A stretch of DNA of 64,000 nucleotides from Nitrosopumilus sp. (GCA_965205675.1 OZ242186.1:1184001-1248000); one strand, 5' to 3'. Shown: positions 10,924 to 20,240, counted from the first letter of the stretch. A program made the numbers and translations. The notes: a model not told the origin generated them from the letters alone.

Positions 10924-11823
10924 TTAATTTATTGATTGTTCTGCTTTTAATCCCTTGTAACGATTTCGTATTGTTACTTCAGTAACCCCTGCAGCTTCTG
11001 CAAGGTCTCTTTGGGTTATAGATACACCATTTTTTACGCATGAGAGGTATAATGCAGTTGCTGCCAGTCCCATAGGATCTTTTCCTGCAGATTCTTTACG
11101 TTCTTGTGCTTCTTTGAGTACTTTGACAGCATATCGTTTTGTTTTTTCAGAAATCTCAAGTTTGCTGGAAATTCTTGCAATACATTGAATGGAATCAACT
11201 ACAGGCATTTTTAGTTCTAATTCATGATGTAATAATCTATAGCAGCGTGCAATATCTTTACGCTTTACATTTGCAGCATCGGCAACATCTTTGAGAGTTC
11301 GAGGGGTTTCGGTATCTCTACATGCAGCATAAAGAGAAGCTGCAATCATCGCAGAAATAGATCTTCCGCGAACTAATTTTTTCTCTAATGCTTTTCTGTA
11401 AATGTAAGCTGCTTTTTCTAAAACATTTGCAGGGATTGCAACTTTGTCTTTTAATTTATTTAAATCACTTAGAGCTTGTCTCAGATTTCTGTCAACGGGG
11501 GCATGTACTTGACTTCGACTATCCCAAGTTCGTAATCGCTCAATAGTACTTTTCATAGAAGTGGAGAGAGGTTTTCCAGATGCATCTTTGTTCAAAGGGT
11601 TAATTACAGTAGATAGCCCCATGTCATGTATCATAAGTGATGAAGGAGCACCAGTTCTTGCAGGATCTGCACCACCATCTTTTTGGAAGGATCTCCATTC
11701 AGGACCAGACTCTTGGGATTTTTCAGTAATTACATATCCACACTTGCCACAAAATTGTTCACCGGTAACTTCATCAGTTAGAAGAGAATTTTTTCCACAA
11801 CGTGCACAAACAGGATTATCCAT
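10924..11823 (-). CDS. tfb: Transcription initiation factor IIB (TFB)
   Basis: Zn ribbon CARC..CGKCG, GPEWRSF, two cyclin repeats, GVTEVTIRNRYK. Confidence 0.97.
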   Translation of the reverse strand: MDNPVCARCGKNSLLTDEVTGEQFCGKCGYVITEKSQESGPEWRSFQKDGGADPARTGAPSSLMIHDMGLSTVINPLNKDASGKPLSTSMKSTIERLRTWDSRSQVHAPVDRNLRQALSDLNKLKDKVAIPANVLEKAAYIYRKALEKKLVRGRSISAMIAASLYAACRDTETPRTLKDVADAANVKRKDIARCYRLLHHELELKMPVVDSIQCIARISSKLEISEKTKRYAVKVLKEAQERKESAGKDPMGLAATALYLSCVKNGVSITQRDLAEAAGVTEVTIRNRYKGLKAEQSIN

Positions 11824-11953
11824 CAGTGTGGCACTCCAGTATTTTGATTAATAGTATTACAAATAGTAATATATTTTGACATAATTTAGACGTAATTCTC
11901 ATCTATAAGAAGGGTGAGTATATTCATAAAACGAGTGTGAAATATTTTTCAAG

Positions 11954-12217
11954 TCATGTCATAACGGTGACTACAGGTTCAGACATACCGCCATAACCAG
12001 AATCAATAGTTTGTTTAGGATTCAAGGTAGTATCATGATGACATGCTTTGTTACATACAGGACAAAATTTTCTATCAAGTACTATACATTGACAGATATG
12101 ATTTTTTACATATGCTTGAGCAGCTTGGTTCCATTCACCAGTCCCATTGCAATAAACACAGATATTGGTAGAAGAAGATCCTTCACCCTTACAAAAATCA
12201 CAAACATCTTCAGTCAT
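11954..12217 (-). CDS. Small Cys-rich zinc-finger protein with DnaJ-type CxxCxGxG repeats
   Basis: CDFCKGEG and CVYCNGTG, plus a second HICQC..CPVC..CHH cluster. Confidence 0.75.
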   Translation of the reverse strand: MTEDVCDFCKGEGSSSTNICVYCNGTGEWNQAAQAYVKNHICQCIVLDRKFCPVCNKACHHDTTLNPKQTIDSGYGGMSEPVVTVMT

Positions 12218-12318
12218 ATCTTAATGTGACTGTTAGGGTTTGAATCAATATATTTGAAGAGGTAAACTAGTGTAAATCAAATAAAGCTTTTAAAATATCC
12301 TAAAATACCACCATAATC

Positions 12319-12741
12319 ATGAAACAAAAAGTAGCATCGCGGAATATCCGAATTCTAGTTGCTAAATTGGGGTTAGACGGCCATGACAGAGGAGCCCTTG
12401 TATTATGTAGAGCATTCAGAGATGCAGGCATGGAAGTAATCTATTCAGGACTTTTTGCCACCCCAAATAGAATTGCACAGATTGCAGAAGACGAAGACGT
12501 AGATGCAATCGCAATGAGTTTACTAAACGGGGCTCACGGAACACTATTTCCAAGAGTGGTCAAGACTCTAAAAAAGAAAGGGATCAGAGATGTTTTGATA
12601 GTGGGAGGCGGAGTAATACCAGAAGTCGATCATAAAGATCTGATGAGATCAGGAGTAGACCACGTATTTGGTCCAGGTACCCCACTGCCAACAATTATTG
12701 ATCACATCAGTGTAGGCGTTTCTAGATTAAGGAAAATATAA
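12319..12741 (+). CDS. Methylmalonyl-CoA mutase small, cobalamin-binding subunit
   Basis: RILVAKLGLDGHDRGA (DxHxxG), SLLNGAH, VGGGVIP, FGPGT. Confidence 0.95.
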   Translation: MKQKVASRNIRILVAKLGLDGHDRGALVLCRAFRDAGMEVIYSGLFATPNRIAQIAEDEDVDAIAMSLLNGAHGTLFPRVVKTLKKKGIRDVLIVGGGVIPEVDHKDLMRSGVDHVFGPGTPLPTIIDHISVGVSRLRKI

Positions 12742-12918
12742 GAAAAGACACAGACTGTTGAGGTACTTTGAGTAGTTAAGGCGTTGTGCAGTGTGTTCCT
12801 AGAAATAATAATTGGTACCTATAGGATACACATACCTCACAACACTATAGACAATATACGATCCAAAAACACACCACCAAAGATTTATTTTATAAATTTT
12901 TATGGTTTATGAATAACC

Positions 12919-13818
12919 TTGAGGTTGAATCGATTAGTTTGTGGGGATAACGCTGATGTATTATCAAAACTTGATGATGCAGTAGTAGATATCACCATTA
13001 CTTCTCCACCATATAGGAATGCTATTGATTATAGTATGCATGCAGAACATGGGAATGATCCAAAGAAAAATTATCGTGGAAAATTATCAATTTCAGTTCT
13101 CGATTATATCAAAGACATGGCTCAAATTTTCAAAAAAGTACACAGAGTTACCAGAGAAGGAGGATATTGTTGCATTGTTATTGGAAATGAGATTAACAAA
13201 GGAACTCTCGAACCCCTACCGGCTTTGCTGGTCTCAAAACTTTACGAACAAGGATGGTTTCTTCATGAGGAAATTGTTTGGCATAAGGTGACTGGAGGAG
13301 CTAACAGGGCAGGAAGTTTTGTTCAACATCCATATCCCTCATATTTTAGAGCAAACATCATGCACGAAGTGATTCTAGTTATGAGAAAAGGAAAAAATCA
13401 ATTAAGAAAAATGGAATATGCATTTACAAATATCAATCAGGATATAACTTGGAAAGAAATTGTAAATTCTGTTTGGCATATTGCACCTGTTCCTCCGGGA
13501 TTTTTAGAACATCCATGTCCATATCCTGAAGAAATTCCTTATAGACTGCTGAATCTTTATTCAAATGAGGGGGACGTAGTTTTAGACCCATTTAATGGCG
13601 CAGGACAGACTACTAAAGTTGCAAGATATCTTAAAAGAAAATACTTTGGAATTGATATTCAAAAAACATATGTTGATTATGCAAAATCTAGATTAAAAGA
13701 AGAGCCACACATAAGAGATGAATCACTTACACTAGAATTTGAACGAGAAGGCGGGTCAATACCCAAATGGAAAAAACTCCCAACCAAAAAGATTTCATCA
13801 ATTAACGATTACAAGTAA
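12919..13818 (+). CDS. Orphan beta-class DNA methyltransferase (probably N4-cytosine)
   Basis: Motif IV ITSPPY precedes HPCPYP and motif I VLDPFNGAGQT (beta order); no adjacent endonuclease. Confidence 0.9.
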   Translation: MRLNRLVCGDNADVLSKLDDAVVDITITSPPYRNAIDYSMHAEHGNDPKKNYRGKLSISVLDYIKDMAQIFKKVHRVTREGGYCCIVIGNEINKGTLEPLPALLVSKLYEQGWFLHEEIVWHKVTGGANRAGSFVQHPYPSYFRANIMHEVILVMRKGKNQLRKMEYAFTNINQDITWKEIVNSVWHIAPVPPGFLEHPCPYPEEIPYRLLNLYSNEGDVVLDPFNGAGQTTKVARYLKRKYFGIDIQKTYVDYAKSRLKEEPHIRDESLTLEFEREGGSIPKWKKLPTKKISSINDYK

Positions 13819-13933
13819 CATTTGGGTAAATGTGATACTTTTAGGTTATCTAAAGGGGATATAGAGATTAGGTACAAAACAAGATTAATGTTAATCAATG
13901 AAAATAGAGAAGAGGTATGAATTAAAAGATATT

Positions 13934-14584
13934 TTAAATGAATATGTCGGTTTTTTTCTCAACAATTTGTTGTTTTAATGAATCTGGAACATCTGGAATT
14001 GACGATTTTGTTTGTCCTGCAATTACACTGTGTGCCTCTTCCAGAATTGCCAATGTATCAGCATTAGTTTCAGGAGCCATACTCATGCTATCCCCAACAC
14101 CAACAGATGAGCCAGACATAACATCTCCCAATATTTCTGATAAATCTTGCATTGATGCATTTGCTTCAGGCATAATTCCATTTAGTGATGGACTTAATCC
14201 TTTAATGATAGACATGCATGGACTAAGCGTTACTACAACATCTCCCAATTCTGAAACAGTGTCTAGTCTAAGTTTAACTTGTTCCATAGATAATTTTGCC
14301 CCACCAACCATGTTTTTCATTTTTCTAACTTGAGTTAGTTCTCCTGCATATGCTTGAGCATATCCTACTTTGTTATGTCTTTGAGCATTAACAATTTTTT
14401 CAAATATAACATCATGTTTTTTTTGTAATTTTTCATTTATTCCGTCTAGTTTTGAAATTTGGAATTGTAATTTTTTTTGTGCAAAATCAATCTTATTTTT
14501 TAATGGTTCACTCGGCTTTACTTTTCCCATTACTTTCTGGGATATACTTTCTCCTTCTGTTTTATTCCAAGAGTTACTGATCAT
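13934..14584 (-). CDS. CdvB/ESCRT-III (Snf7) family cell-division protein paralogue
   Basis: Snf7-like helical core (AYAGELTQVRKM, LEQV-like SMEQVKLRLDTVSELGDVVVTLSP); likely start MISNSW at 14584; no C-terminal wH domain. Confidence 0.88.
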   Translation of the reverse strand: MISNSWNKTEGESISQKVMGKVKPSEPLKNKIDFAQKKLQFQISKLDGINEKLQKKHDVIFEKIVNAQRHNKVGYAQAYAGELTQVRKMKNMVGGAKLSMEQVKLRLDTVSELGDVVVTLSPCMSIIKGLSPSLNGIMPEANASMQDLSEILGDVMSGSSVGVGDSMSMAPETNADTLAILEEAHSVIAGQTKSSIPDVPDSLKQQIVEKKTDIFI

Positions 14585-14675
14585 TCTTAAATTCCTAAAT
14601 ATGCTTGGTTTTTTTGTTTTAAACAGATTTGTCACTCTAGGTAGTGTCACTGGAGTTACACTATGTACAGTTACA

Positions 14676-15785
14676 CTATCCAAAGGTGAATGTGAATATC
14701 TGAAAGCCTTTACCCTTGACGTTAATTTCCATCAAATGAGACGAACTAGTGTTACTGTTAACTATATTGTATAGTCCTGGTTCGTTTACTTGTAATACAT
14801 TGTTATCTGTAATGTCTATTCCAAAATACTCTGATGGTAGTGGTTCTCCATCTAAAAGTATCTCCAATTCGGCATTATTTTCAGTTACAATGTTTACTTC
14901 TTTAGCATTATACGATAGTTTGATAGTTCCTGTTTCTGATACTAGCTCCATACTGCCATCATAATTCGTCCAATCCCCTATCGGATAGAATTTATGCAAG
15001 TCTATCTTGCTTGGTTCTGCATATGAAACTGTTTGCCCAGGTCTGAATCCTTCATCACTTCCCAAGTGATTTCTATTTTGTGCAAACTTGTATCCAAAAT
15101 ACAATTCAGGAGTTCTAAACAGCGAATGTTGAAATTCTTCAATATCTACAAGTGATGAGGCGGATGCCATTTCTATTCCTAATGCCTTAGATCTTTCTTC
15201 TAATAGTTTTTGAATTACTTTTTCTGTTTCTTGATATCCTCCTTCTCCAATATGATCATATCTGATAAATCCTTCATGGTCTGCAATGTATTTTCTTGGC
15301 CAATATCTATTTTCAAAAGCCTTCCATGTTTCCATCTCATTGTCTAGGACTACTGGATAATCTATTCCGTGTTTTTCAATTGCAAGACTTACATTTTCAG
15401 GTTCTTTTTCAAATTCAAATTCTGGTGAATGAATACCGATAATCAACAATCCTTGCTCCGAATATTTGTCATCCCATGCTGTAATGTATGGTAACGTTCG
15501 AATGCAATTGATACAACTGTATGTCCAAATGTCATACAAAATTACTTTGTCTTTCATTTCTTTTTCTAACTCTTCAGGCGTAGTGTTTAGATAACTTGCA
15601 ATTCCTCTAAGATTAGGGGCTTGCTTAAATCCGGATTTATCTATTTTTGACATCTCTCCTGTGTCTGTAAAAACAGTAGTTGATTGCACTCCTTGATCTA
15701 ATGTTGAAAATACAGCTCCTATGACTCCTAATCCTATGGCAATCACAACACCTAAAATTAAACCGGTTTTGATTTCTGAATTCAT
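14676..15785 (-). CDS. Membrane-anchored thioredoxin-like (DipZ C-terminal/redoxin) protein
   Basis: N-terminal TM, DIWTYSCINC, GIHSPEFEFEK, NRYWP, HIGEGGY, TPELYFG, C-terminal FTFG; likely start MNSEIK. Confidence 0.9.
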   Translation of the reverse strand: MNSEIKTGLILGVVIAIGLGVIGAVFSTLDQGVQSTTVFTDTGEMSKIDKSGFKQAPNLRGIASYLNTTPEELEKEMKDKVILYDIWTYSCINCIRTLPYITAWDDKYSEQGLLIIGIHSPEFEFEKEPENVSLAIEKHGIDYPVVLDNEMETWKAFENRYWPRKYIADHEGFIRYDHIGEGGYQETEKVIQKLLEERSKALGIEMASASSLVDIEEFQHSLFRTPELYFGYKFAQNRNHLGSDEGFRPGQTVSYAEPSKIDLHKFYPIGDWTNYDGSMELVSETGTIKLSYNAKEVNIVTENNAELEILLDGEPLPSEYFGIDITDNNVLQVNEPGLYNIVNSNTSSSHLMEINVKGKGFQIFTFTFG

Positions 15786-15792
15786 CACATCA

Positions 15793-16524
15793 TCATCCCA
15801 GTAATACCAATTCATTAAGAAGTGGGAAATTTGCAATATATGCAAGCTGATTAGTGAACACTAGCACTCCCAAGATAATAATGAACGCTCCTAAGATCAC
15901 GTTATAATATTTTAGATGCTTTGTCATCGAACGAATTATTTTTGTAGCTCTGGAGAAAAAGACACCCATCAAAATGAATGGAATTCCCAACCCGAACGAA
16001 TATGCCAACAATAAACTAAATGAAATTGATGGAGTTGTAGCAGCTAATGTGAGAATTGTACCCAAGATTGGGCCTACACATGGTGTCCATCCTGCTGCAA
16101 ATGCTAAGCCAAATACAAATGACATTGGATAACTTGATTTTGAATTTTTAGGGAAGAATTTTTTTTCTACATTTAATGCACGGATTTTTGTAGATAACAA
16201 TAAAAATATTCCAAAGGATATGATTATAATTCCTCCTACAATGTTTAGACTTTCTGTAAGATCACTTGCCGCATTGGAAAGTACACTATTGATTAAAACT
16301 CCTAATGTGGAAAATACTATTGAGAATCCTAATACAAAAAATACTGTGTTAAACACAATGTTTAATCTGTTAATTGATAAAACGGTCCCATTTTTAGAAC
16401 CTAATTCAGTTACTGTAGTTCCTGATATATATGCAAGAAACGCCGGAATCATTGGCAAAATACATGGTGCGACAAAGGATCCTAGACCTGCAAGAAGTGC
16501 GACTAGAATTGTTGGATCCGCCAT
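15793..16524 (-). CDS. ccdA: CcdA/DsbD-family transmembrane disulfide interchange protein
   Basis: SFVAPCILPMIP and GWTPCVGPILG motifs, multiple TM helices. Confidence 0.92.
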   Translation of the reverse strand: MADPTILVALLAGLGSFVAPCILPMIPAFLAYISGTTVTELGSKNGTVLSINRLNIVFNTVFFVLGFSIVFSTLGVLINSVLSNAASDLTESLNIVGGIIIISFGIFLLLSTKIRALNVEKKFFPKNSKSSYPMSFVFGLAFAAGWTPCVGPILGTILTLAATTPSISFSLLLAYSFGLGIPFILMGVFFSRATKIIRSMTKHLKYYNVILGAFIIILGVLVFTNQLAYIANFPLLNELVLLG

Positions 16525-16621
16525 GAGTTAAATTTACGCATTTTTCTTTTAAAGCCTTCTTCCAATTCTTACCCCATTCGAATTTCCAACCCTTTTTAAC
16601 TGGAGGATCGATGATTTTGAT

Positions 16622-16726
16622 ATGAATAATCGATTCATTATTGTTGGAATAGCTTTAGGTATTATAGTTGCCTTTGCGGTAGTTATTGGTTCGCCTGCAA
16701 TTGGTGGCTTTGATGCAATGCGCTAA
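16622..16726 (+). CDS. Single-transmembrane microprotein (34 aa)
   Basis: Hand translation MNNRFIIVGIALGIIVAFAVVIGSPAIGGFDAMR*; TATA-like ctttttaa about 25 nt upstream; stop overlaps the bioF stop. Confidence 0.6.
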   Translation: MNNRFIIVGIALGIIVAFAVVIGSPAIGGFDAMR

Positions 16727-17856
16727 TCGTAAAATTTCCCATATGCTTTATCAAAAATTTCAAGAGTTTTTTCTATTTCTGTACTTGATAACCATGCAGT
16801 AACTGAAATTCTCAACCTTGCTTGATTTTTTGGAACTGTTGGGTATCTGATGGGTTGAGCAAACACACCATTATCCATCAAAAATCTTCCAAATGCCATT
16901 GTCTTTTTTTCATCTTTAACTATAATCGGTATAATATGCGTGTTAGAATTTATTTCATAGCCTATTTGGTTGAGTCCTTTTACAAGTTTTTTTGTATTTC
17001 TTTCAAGTTTTATTCTTTGTTTTTCTCTATTTGATTGAATTCGTTTTAGTGAATATTCCACTAAAAAAGACGGCAATGCCGAAGTATAGATAAATGATTT
17101 CGATTTATTGATACATAAATCAATTACATTGTTATGTGATGCAACATATCCTCCAAATGATCCTAAACCTTTACTCAAACTACTTATGTACAAATCAATT
17201 TTTTTTGTAACGTTACAATAACTTGGCGTGCCTTTTCCATCTTTACTTATTACAAAGTCTCCATGGGCATCATCTACTATTGTAATTGCATTTGATTTGT
17301 TTGAAATTTCTGTAATTTGTTTTAATGGCGATAAATCCCCATCCATACTAAAAATCCCTTCAGTGATGATGAATTTGTTTTTTCCTTTTTGTTTTATTTT
17401 TTTATTTAAATCATCTACATCATTATGTTTGTAGATGGAAATTTTGGCACCGGTCAACTTACAAGATTCAATTATGCTTGCATGGTTTAATGCATCACTA
17501 AGAATCAAATCCCCTTTTTTTGCAATAGCTGAAATTGCTCCCAAATTTGCCATGTAACCTGTCGGATATATCAAACTATTTTGATATGATTTATGTTTCG
17601 CAAGTAATTTTTCTAATTTTTTGTATGTTTCATCATTTCCAGAAACTAATCTGGAACTTGATTGTAGTTGTTTGATTTGAATTTTAGATGCAGGTATTCC
17701 TAAATAGTCATTTGAAGATAAATTAACAAGTTCTTTGTTGTTGATGGCAATTTTAGACCCTTTAACTATCTCATATTGCAGTTTTCTATACAAATTATTT
17801 TTTTTAAAACTCTCTAACTCCAAATCAACAAAATTTAGTTTATGTTTTGAGGCCAA
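16723..17856 (-). CDS. bioF: 8-amino-7-oxononanoate synthase
   Basis: SSNDYLG, GYMANLG, SDALNHASII, EGIFSMDGD, DDAHG, SSLSKGLG, IRYPTVP; in the bio cluster. Confidence 0.92.
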   Translation of the reverse strand: MASKHKLNFVDLELESFKKNNLYRKLQYEIVKGSKIAINNKELVNLSSNDYLGIPASKIQIKQLQSSSRLVSGNDETYKKLEKLLAKHKSYQNSLIYPTGYMANLGAISAIAKKGDLILSDALNHASIIESCKLTGAKISIYKHNDVDDLNKKIKQKGKNKFIITEGIFSMDGDLSPLKQITEISNKSNAITIVDDAHGDFVISKDGKGTPSYCNVTKKIDLYISSLSKGLGSFGGYVASHNNVIDLCINKSKSFIYTSALPSFLVEYSLKRIQSNREKQRIKLERNTKKLVKGLNQIGYEINSNTHIIPIIVKDEKKTMAFGRFLMDNGVFAQPIRYPTVPKNQARLRISVTAWLSSTEIEKTLEIFDKAYGKFYD

Positions 17857-18844
17857 TTTTCTCTATTAATTCTAAATCTTTTTTAGTCTCATTTCCACCC
17901 ATGGTCAGATACCCTTCAGTAATTATTCCATTAGCTCCGCTTTGTAGTAATTCTTCACCCGAATCTGATAATTTTGATTCTCTGCCTCCTGAAATTTTAA
18001 TTACAGATTCTGGCAATAGAAATCTAATTACTGCAAACATTCTTACAATTTCTGAATTGGGCAATTCTGTTTGCAATTCTAATGGCGTGCCAGGCATTGG
18101 AACCAGAATATTTATCGTAACTTCTTCTGGAAATAATCTACCCAATTCTAATACTAATTCTAGTCTTTGTTCTCTTGTTTCGCCTAACCCTATAATTCCC
18201 CCCGTGCATAATTCTAATCCGGCATCACGTGCAATTTCAAGCGTTTTCAATCGATCTTCATAGGTATGGGTTGTACATATTTCTGGAAATTTTGATTTTG
18301 AGGTTTCTAGATTGTGATTGTATCTTTTTACTTTAAGTTCTTTTAGTTTTTTAGCTTGGTCAGATGTTAAAAAACCTAAACTACATTCTACACTGATTCC
18401 TACTTTTTTATTTATTTGTGAGATAATTGTACATATTTTTTCAAAATCTTTTGAAGATGGCTCCCTCCATGCAGCTACAAGACAGTATGATTCTGCCCCA
18501 TCTTCTTTTGCTTTGTTGGCTTTATCTACTATTTCGTCGGGTGTCAGTAATTGATATGTCTCTATTCCCGTATCAAAGAATGCAGATTGTCCACAAAATG
18601 TACAATCTTCGCTACATGCATTTTTCTTAATATTGTTTAATTGTTCTACATCAACTTTTTTGCCATTAAAATCATGAGTAATTTCATTTGCAGCTTGTGC
18701 TAATTCCATGAGATGTTTCTCAGGCACATTAAATAATTTCCTGATTTCTTCAGATGAAATCCCAATTCCTGAAAATACCTTTTCTTGGCATTCTTGGATG
18801 ATTGTTTGTGCATTCATAATTTGGTTTGGAATTATTCCATTCAT
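17840..18844 (-). CDS. bioB: Biotin synthase
   Basis: CSEDCTFCGQS radical-SAM motif, YNHNLET, CTGGIIGLGE; second in-frame start at 18817. Confidence 0.96.
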   Translation of the reverse strand: MNGIIPNQIMNAQTIIQECQEKVFSGIGISSEEIRKLFNVPEKHLMELAQAANEITHDFNGKKVDVEQLNNIKKNACSEDCTFCGQSAFFDTGIETYQLLTPDEIVDKANKAKEDGAESYCLVAAWREPSSKDFEKICTIISQINKKVGISVECSLGFLTSDQAKKLKELKVKRYNHNLETSKSKFPEICTTHTYEDRLKTLEIARDAGLELCTGGIIGLGETREQRLELVLELGRLFPEEVTINILVPMPGTPLELQTELPNSEIVRMFAVIRFLLPESVIKISGGRESKLSDSGEELLQSGANGIITEGYLTMGGNETKKDLELIEKIGLKT

Positions 18845-18868
18845 AATTTGGTTTGGAATTATTCCATT
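18811..18868. repeat. Perfect 27-bp tandem duplication spanning the bioB start
   Basis: cattcataatttggtttggaattattc at 18811-18837 and 18838-18864, then catt. Confidence 0.95.
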
Positions 18869-18884
18869 TATAACAATAATGGAA

Positions 18885-18918
18885 AGGTTAACCTATGTTT
18901 GGTTAGGGAGTTAACAAT
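18885..18918. promoter_or_regulatory. Putative BirA-type biotin operator upstream of bioB
   Basis: GTTAAC-N17-GTTAACAAT dyad (18887-18918) just upstream of the bioB TATA region; resembles the BirA consensus TGTtAAC-N-GTTaACA. Confidence 0.5.
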
Positions 18919-20240
18919 CAAACTATTTTGGGACTAGCATTCTTAATTGTTGTAATTGTTCTATTCAAAAGTATCTCTAATTCAGATTCAGATATTATCA
19001 ATGGCGGTACAATCATGACGATGTTTCCAAGGGTTCGGAGATAGATCCCATTCTTTCTTCCTTCCTCAAAGAAGATTTTGTTTATTGATTTTTTAGAAGT
19101 AATTGGATTTTTTCTTTTTTTATTCTTAACTAATTCTATACCCATTAACATGCCTCTATGGCGTATGTCTCCAACTATGTCTACCTTTAATATTTCGTCA
19201 TAGAATTTTTCAAATATTTTGGATTTTCTCTGTATTTTTCCAATTAGATTATTTTTTTTATACATCTTGAGATTTTCATATGCTACAGCAGCAGATATTG
19301 GATTTCCAGTAAATGTATGTCCATGAAAAAGATGTTTCCGGTCATTAAATTCCCCCAAGAATGAATTGTAAATTTTTTTGTTTGCAAGAGTAGCTGCCAT
19401 AGTCAGGTATCCCCCAGTTAACATTTTTCCATATGTTACTATGTCTGGTCTGCTTTGTTGTTTTTCGTATTCTGACATAGATCCTAACCTCCCAAATCCT
19501 GTGGCTATTTCATCTACGATAAACAAAACATCGTATTTTTTACATAATTGACTAATCTTTTTTTGAAATCCTTTAGGATAAATTATCACACCGCCTGCTA
19601 CTTGTGCCCCACTTTCCATAACAAATGCTGCAATGTCTTCTTTTTTTGCAAACCGTTTCTCAATTTTATCTAAACAATGATTTTGATACTCTAATTCCGT
19701 ATATTTTTTTGGTGTTCTGTATTTATTTGGTACTGGAAATTGTATCGTTGAAAATAGTTGTTTTTTGAACTTGCTAAAAAATTCTGGAACATATCCTACA
19801 GACATTGCACCAAATGTATCTCCATGATATCCATTTTCTAATGTTGCAATTTTTATTTTCTTTGTGTTTTCAATATTTTTCCAATACTGTAATGCAAGTT
19901 TTAAAGCAATTTCCATCGCAGATGAACCATTATCTGAATAAAACACACGATGCATTCCTGGAGATATGTCTATCAGTGTTTTTGCTAGTTTTTCTGCAGG
20001 CTCATTAGTTAAATTAAACATGGAAGAATGTTGGAGTTTTTTACTTTGATTTGTTATTGCTTTAACTAATTGGGGATTGGAATGACCCCACACATTACAC
20101 CACATTGAGGCTACAGCATCAATCATTTTATGGCCTTTTGAATCTACAAGCCACACTCCTTTTGCGCTACTTATCTGTATGAATTCATCCCATTCCTTCA
20201 TCTGTGTGTTAGGGTGCCATACAAAACTAGTAGTTTTCAA
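18918..20240 (-). CDS. bioA: Adenosylmethionine-8-amino-7-oxononanoate aminotransferase
   Basis: VWHPNTQM, ASMWCNVWGH, SDNGSSAMEIALK, GYHGDT, DEIATGFGR, GKMLTGGY, HGHTFTGNP. Confidence 0.95.
   Translation of the reverse strand: MKTTSFVWHPNTQMKEWDEFIQISSAKGVWLVDSKGHKMIDAVASMWCNVWGHSNPQLVKAITNQSKKLQHSSMFNLTNEPAEKLAKTLIDISPGMHRVFYSDNGSSAMEIALKLALQYWKNIENTKKIKIATLENGYHGDTFGAMSVGYVPEFFSKFKKQLFSTIQFPVPNKYRTPKKYTELEYQNHCLDKIEKRFAKKEDIAAFVMESGAQVAGGVIIYPKGFQKKISQLCKKYDVLFIVDEIATGFGRLGSMSEYEKQQSRPDIVTYGKMLTGGYLTMAATLANKKIYNSFLGEFNDRKHLFHGHTFTGNPISAAVAYENLKMYKKNNLIGKIQRKSKIFEKFYDEILKVDIVGDIRHRGMLMGIELVKNKKRKNPITSKKSINKIFFEEGRKNGIYLRTLGNIVMIVPPLIISESELEILLNRTITTIKNASPKIV

Noticed and set aside
12757-12843. 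H/ACA guide RNA (stem followed by ACA)
   Set aside because: Pocket is highly asymmetric, ACA spacing is too short and there is no K-turn; kept only as a generic structure
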